A stretch of 64,000 bases of DNA from Cetobacterium ceti (GTDB lineage: Bacteria > Fusobacteriota > Fusobacteriia > Fusobacteriales > Fusobacteriaceae): positions 1 to 64,000 of the forward strand of contig NZ_FUWX01000014.1 of assembly GCF_900167275.1 (NCBI RefSeq), in the 5' to 3' direction. Both the position numbers and the translations under genes were made by a program. Below are positions 48,416 to 58,175 of this stretch, in pieces. The notes under the pieces are model-generated. The model saw nothing but the letters and a program-made list of their open reading frames with translations. It was not told the origin of the DNA and made no database searches. The stretch's first letter is position 1. Each line of letters starts with the position of its first letter.

Positions 48416-49057
48416 ATGGAAAATATAAAGAAAATTTTAAGGAAAAAACAAGCCATTGAAATAGTTAATATTTTAAATGAGAATGGCTATCGAGGTATTT
48501 ATGCTGATTCCTTAGAAGAAGCTAAAAAAATTATACTAAATACTATTCCTTTAAAATCAACAATCGGTCTTGGGGGATCAGTTACTATAAATGAGTTGGA
48601 CCTTATAAGAATATTTAAAGAAGGGGATTACAATTTATTTGATAGATACAATCAACCTGATTGGCCTAGTACAGTTCAATGTATGAGAGAAGCTTTATTA
48701 GCTGATTATTTTATAACTAGTACAAATGCTATAAGTAAAAATGGTGAACTTATTCAAGTAGATTCTGGGGGAAATAGAGTGGCTAGTCTTCTTTATGGCC
48801 CTAAAAATGTAATTGTAGTTACTGGAATCAATAAAGTTGTTAATACTCTAGAAGATGGTATTGAAAGAATAAAAACTTATGTTGCTCCTTTAAATTCAAA
48901 AAGAATAAATCATAAAACTCCTTGTAATCTGTCTGGTCAATGTGAAAATTGTACCACCAAACAAAGAATATGTAACTATACATCTATAATAAAAAATGGA
49001 GAAAGAATGGGAAATCGAATTACTGTTATTGTTATTAGTGAAAAGGTGGGATATTAA
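48416..49057 (+). CDS. LUD-domain (LutC/YkgG-like, DUF162) protein
   Basis: 'IGLGGSVTINELDL...FITSTNAISKNGELIQVDSGGNRVASLLYGPKNVIVVTGINKVV' is the LUD fold pattern. A C-terminal Cys cluster is present. Confidence 0.55.
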   Translation: MENIKKILRKKQAIEIVNILNENGYRGIYADSLEEAKKIILNTIPLKSTIGLGGSVTINELDLIRIFKEGDYNLFDRYNQPDWPSTVQCMREALLADYFITSTNAISKNGELIQVDSGGNRVASLLYGPKNVIVVTGINKVVNTLEDGIERIKTYVAPLNSKRINHKTPCNLSGQCENCTTKQRICNYTSIIKNGERMGNRITVIVISEKVGY

Positions 49058-49650
49058 TGGATGTAAATATAAAATGGCTAAATCAAAAAAAAGCAGAAAA
49101 TATTACAAGAGTACTTTTAGGACAAGAGTATGAAACTATATTAGTAAATTCTTTAGATGAAATTAAAACTATTCTTTTAAATAAAATTCCAAAAGAAGAA
49201 TCTATTATACTAGGTGATTCTTGTGTTTTAGAAGATTTAAATTTAATTGATGCTTTTTATAAAAATGGTAATTATATTTTTAATTATCAACATGAACCAT
49301 CCTTAGAAATCAAACAAGAAATAAGACGTCAAGGTCTTTTAGCTGATACTTTTATAACTGAAATTGATTTTGTTACAGAACAAGGGGAGCTTATCTTACA
49401 AGGTGGTTTTTCTAATTGTGCTAGCATCTTTGGTCCTAATAAAATTTATGGAATCATCGGAATAAATAAAATAGTAAAAAATCTAAAAGATGCTGAAATT
49501 AAATCTCAATTAATTTTAGAAGCAAATAGCTTTAGAGAAAAATCTTATTATGATAAAGATTTGTATAATAACTTAGGAATTATCCATAATGGAAAAAAGT
49601 TTCCTAATAAATATACTCTATTTGTTTTAAATGACTCTTTAGGATTTTAA
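49057..49650 (+). CDS. LUD-domain protein, tandem paralog
   Basis: ATG overlaps the upstream stop. 'FITEIDFVTEQGELILQGGFSNCASIFGPNKIYGIIGINKIV' parallels the upstream paralog. Confidence 0.5.
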   Translation: MDVNIKWLNQKKAENITRVLLGQEYETILVNSLDEIKTILLNKIPKEESIILGDSCVLEDLNLIDAFYKNGNYIFNYQHEPSLEIKQEIRRQGLLADTFITEIDFVTEQGELILQGGFSNCASIFGPNKIYGIIGINKIVKNLKDAEIKSQLILEANSFREKSYYDKDLYNNLGIIHNGKKFPNKYTLFVLNDSLGF

Positions 49651-49713
49651 TTTTTCTTGAATTCTCCACAAATAAAGTATACAATTAATTATACTTTATT
49701 GTGGAGGCTAAAA

Positions 49714-50211
49714 ATGGAAAAATTAGGAATTTTTTATGGAAGTAATAGAGGAAAAAGTGAGTTTACTGCTCACCTTTTAAAAGATCTTTTAAAGGATAAA
49801 TTTGATGTTCATATATTTAATGTATCCAATGGTATAAATGAAATTCATTCATATAATAAGATAATTTTTATAACTGGGACCTATGGAGCTGGTGAACTTC
49901 AATCTGATTGGATTCGAAATTTAGAAGTTTTAAAAAAGACAGATTTTTCAGAAAAAACTGTAGGAATAATAGGCCGAGGTAATCAAGGATTCTTTGCGGC
50001 CACCTTTGTTAATAGCATGAAACCTCTTTATGATATAATTATTAAAAATGGTGGAAATGTAAAAGGATTTACTCCTTCTAAAGATTATTCCTTTGAAAAA
50101 AGCACAGCTTTAATTGATGAGGAGTTCGTAGGATTGCCTTTAGATGAAATGTTTATGCTAGAAGAAACTAAAAGTAGAATTATAGATTGGTTAAAAAAGT
50201 GGCTTATCTAA
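49714..50211 (+). CDS. Flavodoxin
   Basis: Start chosen at the ATG after ggagg ('MEKLGIFYGSNRGKSEFTA'). 'FITGTYGAGELQSDW' is the flavodoxin FMN-loop. Confidence 0.7.
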   Translation: MEKLGIFYGSNRGKSEFTAHLLKDLLKDKFDVHIFNVSNGINEIHSYNKIIFITGTYGAGELQSDWIRNLEVLKKTDFSEKTVGIIGRGNQGFFAATFVNSMKPLYDIIIKNGGNVKGFTPSKDYSFEKSTALIDEEFVGLPLDEMFMLEETKSRIIDWLKKWLI

Positions 50212-50227
50212 CAGCCACTTTTTTTAT
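50193..50227. terminator. Bidirectional terminator hairpin (aagtggct...agccactt with flanking A- and T-runs)
   Basis: Read directly; it overlaps the 3' end of the flavodoxin gene and abuts the tsx-like stop. Confidence 0.55.
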
Positions 50228-51069
50228 TAAAACATTATTGAATAATGTATTCCCACCGATTGGGAATTTTTATTTGAAGAGTAATTATTAACTTGTGAAA
50301 AATGATTGTTTATTTGATACGTATAACTTACCGATATATTTTTAGTAAAATAAAATCTTAATTGATTTTGCCACTGTAGGCTATCATGTGTTTCTTTTGA
50401 AGATCCATGTCTAGCTCCAAAATCATAATCTAACCAACCGCTAAATCCTAATTTCATTCCATTTTCAAATTGATAAAAACTACCACCATAGGCCATATTA
50501 AATAAATACCCATCCCATTTTTTTTCATTTCTACTATAATTTTTATCTATATATCTAGCATAAATATTTGTTTTAAAATAATCAAATTTTAAATATTTCA
50601 TTTGAGGTATATTTAAATAATTTCCTATTCCTATATAATGTTTCTCTATCCCTTTATTTTTACCCCATTCAACTCCTCTAACATTATCATAATCAAATTG
50701 ATAAGCTATAAACCATTCTTTAACTGGTCCTATTGATAAATTCTTATTTAATAATCCATCTAAAGAAATTCTTGGATTAAATTCTCCATAGGTATAATTT
50801 TTTTTTTCATGATCTTTATTTTTATCGCTCAAGTCTGAATCTTTAAATATATTAGAACGATCAACAAACCAATATAAATCTAGTAGGTCATATCTTGTTG
50901 TTCCTTGTAATTCAAATATAGTATCTTTTCCTGAAGCACCATATCCATTTGGTAATCCATTACTTTTTATTAAACTTCCCTCTAATACTGTAAAATTCCA
51001 TGGAGCATATTCTCCAAAAGATAGTGTTGATAACCCTATTGTTCCCCCAAGTATAATTTTTTTTAGCAC
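50227..51069 (-). CDS. tsx: Tsx-family nucleoside-specific outer-membrane channel
   Basis: Signal peptide. 'LSIGPVKEWFIAYQFDY' closely parallels E. coli Tsx 'LSFGPFKEWYFANNYIYD'. β-barrel ends '...HYSIMF'. Confidence 0.7.
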   Translation of the reverse strand: MLKKIILGGTIGLSTLSFGEYAPWNFTVLEGSLIKSNGLPNGYGASGKDTIFELQGTTRYDLLDLYWFVDRSNIFKDSDLSDKNKDHEKKNYTYGEFNPRISLDGLLNKNLSIGPVKEWFIAYQFDYDNVRGVEWGKNKGIEKHYIGIGNYLNIPQMKYLKFDYFKTNIYARYIDKNYSRNEKKWDGYLFNMAYGGSFYQFENGMKLGFSGWLDYDFGARHGSSKETHDSLQWQNQLRFYFTKNISVSYTYQINNHFSQVNNYSSNKNSQSVGIHYSIMF

Positions 51070-51083
51070 ATTTCCTCCCCATT

Positions 51084-51467
51084 TTATTTTCCTATTCCAT
51101 TTTTACCTGAATTTATAATATTTCTTATAGCATTTTGAAAACTATTATTATTATTTCGCTCTTCAATAGCTTCTACAATCATAGGCAAATTGCAACCATA
51201 TAAAACTTCTATATTTTTAGTTAATATTTCTTTTAAGGAAGTTGATATATTATAAGGAGTCCCCTTTTGTATGTCTGTTATTAATAAAATATCTTCATAG
51301 GGCAATTCATCTATAGAACTTTTTAATTTTTCTTTAAATATTTCTGGAGTATCTCCTTCTCTATATGTAATATATTTAATGTCTTTAAATACTCCTAAAC
51401 ATAATTCAATAGCTTCTTGTAATCCATTTGCAAAACTTCCATGTCCTGTAATGACAATCCCAAACAT
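51084..51467 (-). CDS. PTS EIIA component, mannose/fructose/sorbose family (stand-alone)
   Basis: 'MFGIVITGHGSFANGLQEAIELCLG' is the EIIA-Man N-terminus with the phospho-His. Start set at the internal ATG downstream of ggaggtg. Confidence 0.7.
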   Translation of the reverse strand: MFGIVITGHGSFANGLQEAIELCLGVFKDIKYITYREGDTPEIFKEKLKSSIDELPYEDILLITDIQKGTPYNISTSLKEILTKNIEVLYGCNLPMIVEAIEERNNNNSFQNAIRNIINSGKNGIGK

Positions 51468-51634
51468 CAATATCACCTCCATAAAAATATAGTTGTTAAT
51501 AATTTATATATTAAAAAAAAAAATCTGTCAATTCAATTATTATTTATTTGCTTTATTATTAAAGATGAGGTAATAAATATATTAATAAATTTTATAGTTT
51601 CTTTTTTATAGTATAAAAGAGGGAGGTAATATTC

Positions 51635-51865
51635 TTGTTGGTTAAAATCAATTTATTTGGAATTGAAACTGTTACCTATGTAAAAACTTTAAATCTACTA
51701 AAAGTAAAATTTAATAGTGGATTAATCTGTGCTTATAAACAAGTTCCAGAAAATACTTTTTTACAATTTGTCGATGAATTTCATAAAAATGAAAAAAAAG
51801 GCCATATTTTAAATTACTATAAAAAATTGTTAAATAATTTTGAATTAGAATTATTGGATTATTAA
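51635..51865 (+). CDS. KTSC-domain protein
   Basis: TTG start 8 nt after gggagg. 'LKVKFNSGLICAYKQVPENTFLQFVDEFHKNEKKGHILNYY' fits the KTSC consensus (...Y.dVP...f..f.....KG.yfN..i). Confidence 0.5.
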   Translation: MLVKINLFGIETVTYVKTLNLLKVKFNSGLICAYKQVPENTFLQFVDEFHKNEKKGHILNYYKKLLNNFELELLDY

Positions 51866-51905
51866 AAAAGCCCTCAGGTATCTAATATATACCTGAGGGT
51901 TCATT
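51866..51905. terminator. Bidirectional rho-independent terminator (ccctcaggta...tacctgaggg)
   Basis: Perfect 10-bp inverted repeat flanked by an A-run and a T-rich tract. Confidence 0.7.
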
Positions 51906-51909
51906 ATTT

Positions 51910-53193
51910 TTATCTATTTCCAAATTTTTTCATTAATAAGTATACTGGTACTCCAAATAATAATCCACCTAATCCAATTAAAATTTTAGTAATATCAGAA
52001 TTATAAACTAACCAACAACTTACAACTACTGCAAATACAGGAATTACTGGACCTAAAGGAACTCTAAAAGTTCTTACTAACTCAGGTCTTTTCTTTCTTA
52101 ATACAGGAATTGCTAAACAAGTTGGTAAATACTGTACAAATCTAGAAATAACTGATATTGCTGCTAATTTTGCAAAACTTCCAGAAAGTGCAAGTAAAAT
52201 TGCTAATACTACTGTGATTATAATTGCATAAACTGGTGTTCCATGTTTTCCATTTTTAGCTATAAATCTTGGTAAAATTCCATCTTCAGCTAAAGCAACT
52301 CCACTTCTAGGAGTTATGAAAGAGGCTGCTATATTAATACCTCCAATTGAAACTAATGTTCCCGCTGTTACAATAGAAGATCCTATTGGTCCTAAGAATC
52401 TATTTGCTGCATCTGCTATTGGAGCAGTACTTGAAGCTAATTCTGGTCCTAATGCACCAATTGATACAACTAATATTAAAATGTAAAATGCTGATACAAT
52501 AGCCATAACTGTCATAATAGCTTTAGGTACATCTTTTTCCGGATTATGCATATCTTCTGCAGCTACGGCAATAGATTCAAATCCTGTAAAAGCATAGAAC
52601 ATTAATAATGCTGCTGCTGCAAAGTTTGATCCACCTTCAACTGCTGCTGTAGGTGCTGGAGCATTGAAGTTTCCTCCATTTATAAAAAATACTCCAATAG
52701 CAACAAATAAAATTAAAGGTAATAACTTTCCAATTGTGATAACATTGTTTAAAATTTTTGAAATTTGTACTCCTAAAATATTAACAATTCCAAGACCGCC
52801 TAATATTATAATAATAATAGCCGCCTTTACTCCCCCATGATTTGCAGCTGGCCAAACTTTACTTAAAGCTTGTGCAAATGCTGCTGCCATTGCTGCCCAT
52901 GCTATAATTCCAATAATCCATTTCATGAATCCAACTTCAAATCCAACAAAATCACCAAAAGCTTCCTTTGCATAAACATATGGCCCACCGTTCTTTTTGA
53001 ACATTCCACCTGCTTCAGCAAAACATAAAGCTATACTTAAAACTAAAATCATATCAAATATAATAACACCTAAACTTCCTACACCCATTAGCTTATAAGC
53101 TTTATTTGGTAATAGGAATATTCCCGAACCTATAATCGCATTAATACCTAATAATACGATACTCCAAAATCCTAATTTATTTTTTTCTGCCAT
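51910..53193 (-). CDS. APC-family amino-acid/polyamine permease or antiporter
   Basis: 12-TM and G/A/I-rich APC-like profile ('GVGSLGVIIFDMILVLSIALCFAEAGGMF'). Confidence 0.75.
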   Translation of the reverse strand: MAEKNKLGFWSIVLLGINAIIGSGIFLLPNKAYKLMGVGSLGVIIFDMILVLSIALCFAEAGGMFKKNGGPYVYAKEAFGDFVGFEVGFMKWIIGIIAWAAMAAAFAQALSKVWPAANHGGVKAAIIIIILGGLGIVNILGVQISKILNNVITIGKLLPLILFVAIGVFFINGGNFNAPAPTAAVEGGSNFAAAALLMFYAFTGFESIAVAAEDMHNPEKDVPKAIMTVMAIVSAFYILILVVSIGALGPELASSTAPIADAANRFLGPIGSSIVTAGTLVSIGGINIAASFITPRSGVALAEDGILPRFIAKNGKHGTPVYAIIITVVLAILLALSGSFAKLAAISVISRFVQYLPTCLAIPVLRKKRPELVRTFRVPLGPVIPVFAVVVSCWLVYNSDITKILIGLGGLLFGVPVYLLMKKFGNR

Positions 53194-53226
53194 ATTTAAC
53201 TCTCTCTCCTTGATAAATAACTTTTA

Positions 53227-53952
53227 TTATTTTTTTGCTTCCTCAATTAATCTTTCAAATACTTTTGCCATATTTGAATAATCTTTGCTTAACATTTCAG
53301 GATGCCATTGTAATCCCATTACAAAAACATCTCCTTCTTTTTCAATAGCTTCTACTATTCCATCTTTTGAGTAAGCAACAGCTTTAAATCCTGGAGCTAC
53401 AGTTTTAACAGCTAGATGATGGAAACTATTAACTAAAGTTTCTGAACCTAAAATTTCATGTAATTTTGATCCTTCTTTTACTGTTACTGTATGAGTTGCA
53501 AAATTTGGTAATTGACCTTGATTATGTTTAATATAAGATCCTTCTGCAAATTTTAAATCTTGATATAAGCTTCCACCATTAACAACATTTAAAATTTGTT
53601 CTCCTCTACAAATTCCTAAAATAGGCTTCCCTAACGCCATTACAGCTTTTATTAAAGCCATATCAAATGTATCTCTTTTAGGTAAAAGTCCACCTAATTC
53701 CTTACAAGGTTCTTCTCCATAAAGCATAGGATTTACATCATGACCTCCTGACATTATAAGAGCATCAATTGCTTCTGCCTGTGCTCTTATAACTTCATCG
53801 TCATAAACCATAGGTATAATATATGGAACTCCTCCTGCTCTAACTACTGATTGTACATAATCATCATTCACATAAGCTCTTTCATAACCTGGGAACATTC
53901 CACCTTGGTCAATGATTAAACTACCTGAAATTCCAATAATCGGTTTTTTCAT
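53227..53952 (-). CDS. Class-I glutamine-amidotransferase-like hydrolase (peptidase C26 / PuuD γ-glutamyl-GABA hydrolase family)
   Basis: 'PILGICRGEQILNVVNGGSLYQD' carries the nucleophile Cys. 'LQWHPE' is the catalytic His region. Confidence 0.8.
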   Translation of the reverse strand: MKKPIIGISGSLIIDQGGMFPGYERAYVNDDYVQSVVRAGGVPYIIPMVYDDEVIRAQAEAIDALIMSGGHDVNPMLYGEEPCKELGGLLPKRDTFDMALIKAVMALGKPILGICRGEQILNVVNGGSLYQDLKFAEGSYIKHNQGQLPNFATHTVTVKEGSKLHEILGSETLVNSFHHLAVKTVAPGFKAVAYSKDGIVEAIEKEGDVFVMGLQWHPEMLSKDYSNMAKVFERLIEEAKK

Positions 53953-54177
53953 TACTTCCTCCTAAAAACATTAATTAAGTATTAAAATGGTATTAAAGAT
54001 ACGCTAATTATATAACTTTTTTCACAATTTGTTAATTAATTTTTTTTTATTTTTTTATCACTTTATTTATAACCCCTTTATTTATAATGGTTTCCGAAGA
54101 AAAAAAATTTTCAAAAAAAGTTTTTTTAATATATAATTTTAATTGTATATTGTAATTTATACATGATGATATGTTCA

Positions 54178-54654
54178 TTATATGTTCACTTTATCTTTTT
54201 TTAACTTTCTATATTTCCAAGGAGCTATTGGATTTTTTCCCTCCCATAATCCTTTTTTTTCTTGTTTAGCATATATCTCAGCAGCAGCTAATTCCATATT
54301 ATCCTTTGAGTATCTTTTATACCACCAAGCATTCCCATTTTTTACCATTTCCACATTGATATTTTTATGTTTATAATATACTATTCCTACTGTTCTACCA
54401 TATTGGTCTATATCCTTCACATCAATATTTACATATTTACCATATAAAAGATGATCTAGTATATCCTTTGATTTCATCCCATACTCTTGAGTCTTTTCAG
54501 GAGCATCTATTCCATAAAATCTAACTTTAACTTTTTTATGATGATCTAATATTGTTATAGTATCTCCATCAGCAACTTTTATAACTTTTCCTTCTAGTGC
54601 AAAAGTATATGTACTCATCAGTAATATCATAAGTAGTAAAAATATTTTTTTCAT
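54178..54654 (-). CDS. Secreted thermonuclease (staphylococcal-nuclease / SNase-like)
   Basis: Signal peptide. 'GKVIKVADGDTITILD...VRFYGIDAPEKTQEYG' is the canonical SNase motif. Confidence 0.75.
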   Translation of the reverse strand: MKKIFLLLMILLMSTYTFALEGKVIKVADGDTITILDHHKKVKVRFYGIDAPEKTQEYGMKSKDILDHLLYGKYVNIDVKDIDQYGRTVGIVYYKHKNINVEMVKNGNAWWYKRYSKDNMELAAAEIYAKQEKKGLWEGKNPIAPWKYRKLKKDKVNI

Positions 54655-54678
54655 TTCTGTATATCCTCCTAAGTATAA

Positions 54679-55344
54679 TTACAAGATTATTTTTCCAAAG
54701 GATAATAATCTTTTCTCTTCTAATTCTTTTAATTTTGCCTTACTTGTATAAATATAAGTTTCATCTTTAAAAATAATACGTTCTTCCTTATAATCTAAAC
54801 TTCTAATAAGAGAAATATTAATTATTGTTCCTCTATCTAATTTATAAAAATCTTTTATTTTTATAATTTTTTCTTCTACCTCTGAAAAACTACTTTTAAC
54901 AGTAAAAATTTTATCTGTAAATAAATGTATTTCCGTTTTTCTTGATACTCTACAATAAGTTATATAAATAACTTCTGAGATTTCAACAATTCCTCTTTGG
55001 TAAGTATCATTTAAATAAAATTCTTTATAATTTTTTTTATTTTGCAAAATTTTTTCTATTGCTTCTTCTAATTCAAATATATCTTGTCGTAAAACACAGT
55101 CTTCAATATATTCTAATTTTAATAATTTACGCATTTCTCTTATATTTTCCTTTCCTAATAAAACTATTACAGGAATATTTTTTTTCGCAGAATCTTTTAT
55201 TTTTTCTAAAAGATTTTCTCTACTTATATCTATAAGAAAAATTTCTTCTTCTAACTCTTCTTTCTCTATAAATTTATATTCTAAAGTTTCTTCTAATAAA
55301 ATTTTTAATTTCTCTTCTATATCTACTCTAATTTTAATCATCAA
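54679..55344 (-). CDS. LytTR-family DNA-binding regulator with a degenerate N-terminal receiver-like region
   Basis: C-terminal 'IYITYCRVSRKTEIHLFTDKIFTVKSSFSEVEEKI...FYKLDRGTIINISLIRSLD' is the LytTR domain pattern. No clear phospho-acceptor Asp context. Confidence 0.6.
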   Translation of the reverse strand: MMIKIRVDIEEKLKILLEETLEYKFIEKEELEEEIFLIDISRENLLEKIKDSAKKNIPVIVLLGKENIREMRKLLKLEYIEDCVLRQDIFELEEAIEKILQNKKNYKEFYLNDTYQRGIVEISEVIYITYCRVSRKTEIHLFTDKIFTVKSSFSEVEEKIIKIKDFYKLDRGTIINISLIRSLDYKEERIIFKDETYIYTSKAKLKELEEKRLLSFGKIIL

Positions 55345-56887
55345 AACTCAACTCCTCATATAAAGAATTAAGCCTAACTTTACTAGCAATATTTGCTATT
55401 TTTTTTGATAAATTTATCATATAATTATATTCTTCATAGGATATAGTAGTATTAGTTTCTTCAATTAAAATTAATCCTATATAAGGATTTCCACTAAATT
55501 CTATTCTAAATGCACAAGTATACTCTTTATTTTTAATTCTTGATCCATCTATATATAAATCTTCATCTCCACCATCTAAAATAAACTCCTTATATTCTTC
55601 TGGTTCTATAAATAATTTTACTTTTACAGATTTTATTTTTATATGTTTTTTTATTTCTTTTTCCAATTGAATTTTAAATTGCTTTTTATTTTGTACTAAA
55701 GATAACTTATTATAAGTTTTATCTAAAATCTCATCTTTTTGAGATAAAAGTTTATCTATTACTAAGGTATATATATCTAAAATAAATATTGTAGCAATTA
55801 TTACAAATGGTTCAGCTAACGTTTTAAAGTAAAATAAAGATGCATAAGCTAATGTCAAACCTAATATATATCTCACAATTCTAGTTAAATTTTTAGTATA
55901 TAATCTCAATTGATAAAAACACAATCCCCAATATATCCACATAAACTCTATTAACTCTATAAAATAATATAATTTTAAAGTTTTTGGAAAAATATTATGG
56001 AAAAATTCTAAAATAAAATATCCAAAACCTACTATACTCCATAAAATCCAGTTTTTTAAAGTCATGTGTTTTCTACGACTTATAAATATATAAATAATCA
56101 TTAAAAAAATAATTCTAGTTAAATCAATTATTTTTCTTGTAGAAGTTGCTAATTTTAATAAAGTAAACTGGTTATCTAAAAGATAAACATATATTTGTGG
56201 AGAAAAAATTGCTACTGCAAATAAAAAATTATATAAAAATACTAAAGCCATTCCTATATATATTAAAAATTTCGCTATTTTTTTCCTTTTGTCTATAAGT
56301 TTATCCATCATATAAAAGATAATAAAAAATCCTAATCCTCTCGTTACTAAAAATTCTGAAAATATTAAAATATTTGTTTGAAAATTTCCTCTAAAACTAA
56401 AAATTAGTTTCAATAAAAGCAATCCAAATAATCCATACAAAATCTTATCTCTTTTTAATTTTTTTCTAAAACCTAAAAATATACATAAGTTTAATCCAAT
56501 TAAAGTTAAAGTTATTAAATTTAAAAATATTTCTTGTTTTTTAGAAAATGCATCTCCTTGCAAATTTACTCTAACTAATTCCATTTCATTATTTTTAGCA
56601 ATATTTATAGATTTTGTTTCATCATCAAATTCAGCTTTTAATATATAATTTCCATTGGGAACATCTAAAAATATTTTACCATTTAAAAAATTTTTCTTTG
56701 GATTAGATAATGTTTCTCCTTCTGTATTTAATAAAGAATATTTCCCAATATCTCTATCTAAAACCTCTGTATTTTTTATTCGAGGCAAAACATATATAAA
56801 ATCCTTTTCATTTCTAGAAAGATATTTTAAATATCCTCCTAAAAAAATTGAAAGTAATCCTAACACAATCAATATTTTCCTTCTCAT
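55334..56887 (-). CDS. Polytopic membrane protein: periplasmic N-terminal domain, about 8 TM, and a C-terminal cytoplasmic domain; candidate non-kinase sensor partner of the LytTR regulator
   Basis: Signal/TM then a soluble roughly 100-aa segment, then multiple TM helices. No H-box or ATPase motifs. The stop overlaps the LytTR gene start. Confidence 0.45.
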   Translation of the reverse strand: MRRKILIVLGLLSIFLGGYLKYLSRNEKDFIYVLPRIKNTEVLDRDIGKYSLLNTEGETLSNPKKNFLNGKIFLDVPNGNYILKAEFDDETKSINIAKNNEMELVRVNLQGDAFSKKQEIFLNLITLTLIGLNLCIFLGFRKKLKRDKILYGLFGLLLLKLIFSFRGNFQTNILIFSEFLVTRGLGFFIIFYMMDKLIDKRKKIAKFLIYIGMALVFLYNFLFAVAIFSPQIYVYLLDNQFTLLKLATSTRKIIDLTRIIFLMIIYIFISRRKHMTLKNWILWSIVGFGYFILEFFHNIFPKTLKLYYFIELIEFMWIYWGLCFYQLRLYTKNLTRIVRYILGLTLAYASLFYFKTLAEPFVIIATIFILDIYTLVIDKLLSQKDEILDKTYNKLSLVQNKKQFKIQLEKEIKKHIKIKSVKVKLFIEPEEYKEFILDGGDEDLYIDGSRIKNKEYTCAFRIEFSGNPYIGLILIEETNTTISYEEYNYMINLSKKIANIASKVRLNSLYEELSFDD

Positions 56888-56960
56888 ATTTCCTCCTTAC
56901 ATCTTCTCATTCTATAGTATATCAATTAACAAATAAAAAAAGAAGCCAATGGCTCCTTTT

Positions 56961-58022
56961 TTATTTATATTCTTTTATTTCTACTTCATTTCGTAAAACA
57001 TCTAAAATATTAAAAACTAAAGCTTTCATCTCCATTTCACCTGGAAAAATCTCTATATTTTTTATAAACTTTAATTTTTCTTTTAATTCTTTAATTATAT
57101 ATTCAGAATATGAAATTCCCCCTGTAAATATCACTCCATCAATATCTCCATTCGCTACCCCATAAAGACTTCCTATTTCTTTTACAATTTGATAAATCAT
57201 TCCATCAATTATTAACTTATATTCTTTTATTTCTTCTATCTGTTCAATAATTTCTTTTAAATTCTTTGTACCTAAATAATTATATATACCCCCTTCACCC
57301 TTAATTTTTTTCATTATTTTTTCTTTTGAATATTTTTTTTCGAAAATTAAATTTAATATTCCTTCTACAGGTAATCCTCCAGATCTTTCTGGAGAAAAAG
57401 GTCCATCTCCATTTAAAGCATTATTTACATCTACAATTTTTCCTTTTTTATGAAGTCCTACTGATATTCCACCACCTAAATGAGCCACAATTAAATTTAA
57501 ACTTTCATATTTTTTATTTTTTAGTTTAGAATATTCTTTTGCCACTGCTCTTTGATTTAAACAATGAAATATCGACTTCCTTTTTATCTCTTTTAGTCCT
57601 GTTAATTTAGCAACTTCAGTCATCTCATCTACAACAACTGGGTCAACTATAAATCTAGGAATATTATATTTTTCTCCTATACTCTCTGCTAAAATTGCCC
57701 CTAAATTACAAGGATGTTTTCCATATTTTTCATTCCATAAATCATCTAACATGATTTTATTAATTTTATAGACTCCTCCTGAAATTGGTTTTAAAAGACC
57801 TCCTCTTGCACTTATAGCAGAAATCTCTTTTATTGAAAAATTTTTTTCTTTTAAAAAATTATCAATTAAATTTTTCCGAAATATAAATTCTTCTTCTAAA
57901 CTGCGATTTATTTCATCTAAATGTATAATATTTTCTTCCATAATCATTTTTTCATTTTTATAAATAGCTATTTTTGTAGAAGTAGACCCAGGATTAATTG
58001 CTAAAATTTTAAATTCTTCCAT
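56961..58022 (-). CDS. buk: Butyrate (branched-chain fatty acid) kinase
   Basis: 'ILAINPGSTSTKIAIY' and 'VAHLGGGISVG', with the ASKHA fold motif near 'GGISYSEYII'. Confidence 0.9.
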   Translation of the reverse strand: MEEFKILAINPGSTSTKIAIYKNEKMIMEENIIHLDEINRSLEEEFIFRKNLIDNFLKEKNFSIKEISAISARGGLLKPISGGVYKINKIMLDDLWNEKYGKHPCNLGAILAESIGEKYNIPRFIVDPVVVDEMTEVAKLTGLKEIKRKSIFHCLNQRAVAKEYSKLKNKKYESLNLIVAHLGGGISVGLHKKGKIVDVNNALNGDGPFSPERSGGLPVEGILNLIFEKKYSKEKIMKKIKGEGGIYNYLGTKNLKEIIEQIEEIKEYKLIIDGMIYQIVKEIGSLYGVANGDIDGVIFTGGISYSEYIIKELKEKLKFIKNIEIFPGEMEMKALVFNILDVLRNEVEIKEYK

Positions 58023-58175
58023 AAGAGAACCTCCATAAATTTAAACCTTTTTACAAGTATACTTTAAAAGAATTTTATAATGACTTTAAAATTCTTTTAA
58101 TTTGTCTTTTTTAATATAAATAAGGTATATAATGTAGTAGATAAAATTTTTCACCAAATTTTAAGGAGGTATTTA

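Noticed and set aside
55334-56887. Whether the 517-aa membrane protein is a histidine kinase partner of the LytTR regulator.
   Set aside because: No H-box, N-box or G-box motifs could be found in the cytoplasmic tail, so it is not called a kinase.
56925-56960. Terminator for buk (minus strand) in the buk/membrane-protein spacer.
   Set aside because: Only a 4-5 bp stem (agcc/ggct) followed by a T-run could be drawn, which is too weak to list as a feature.
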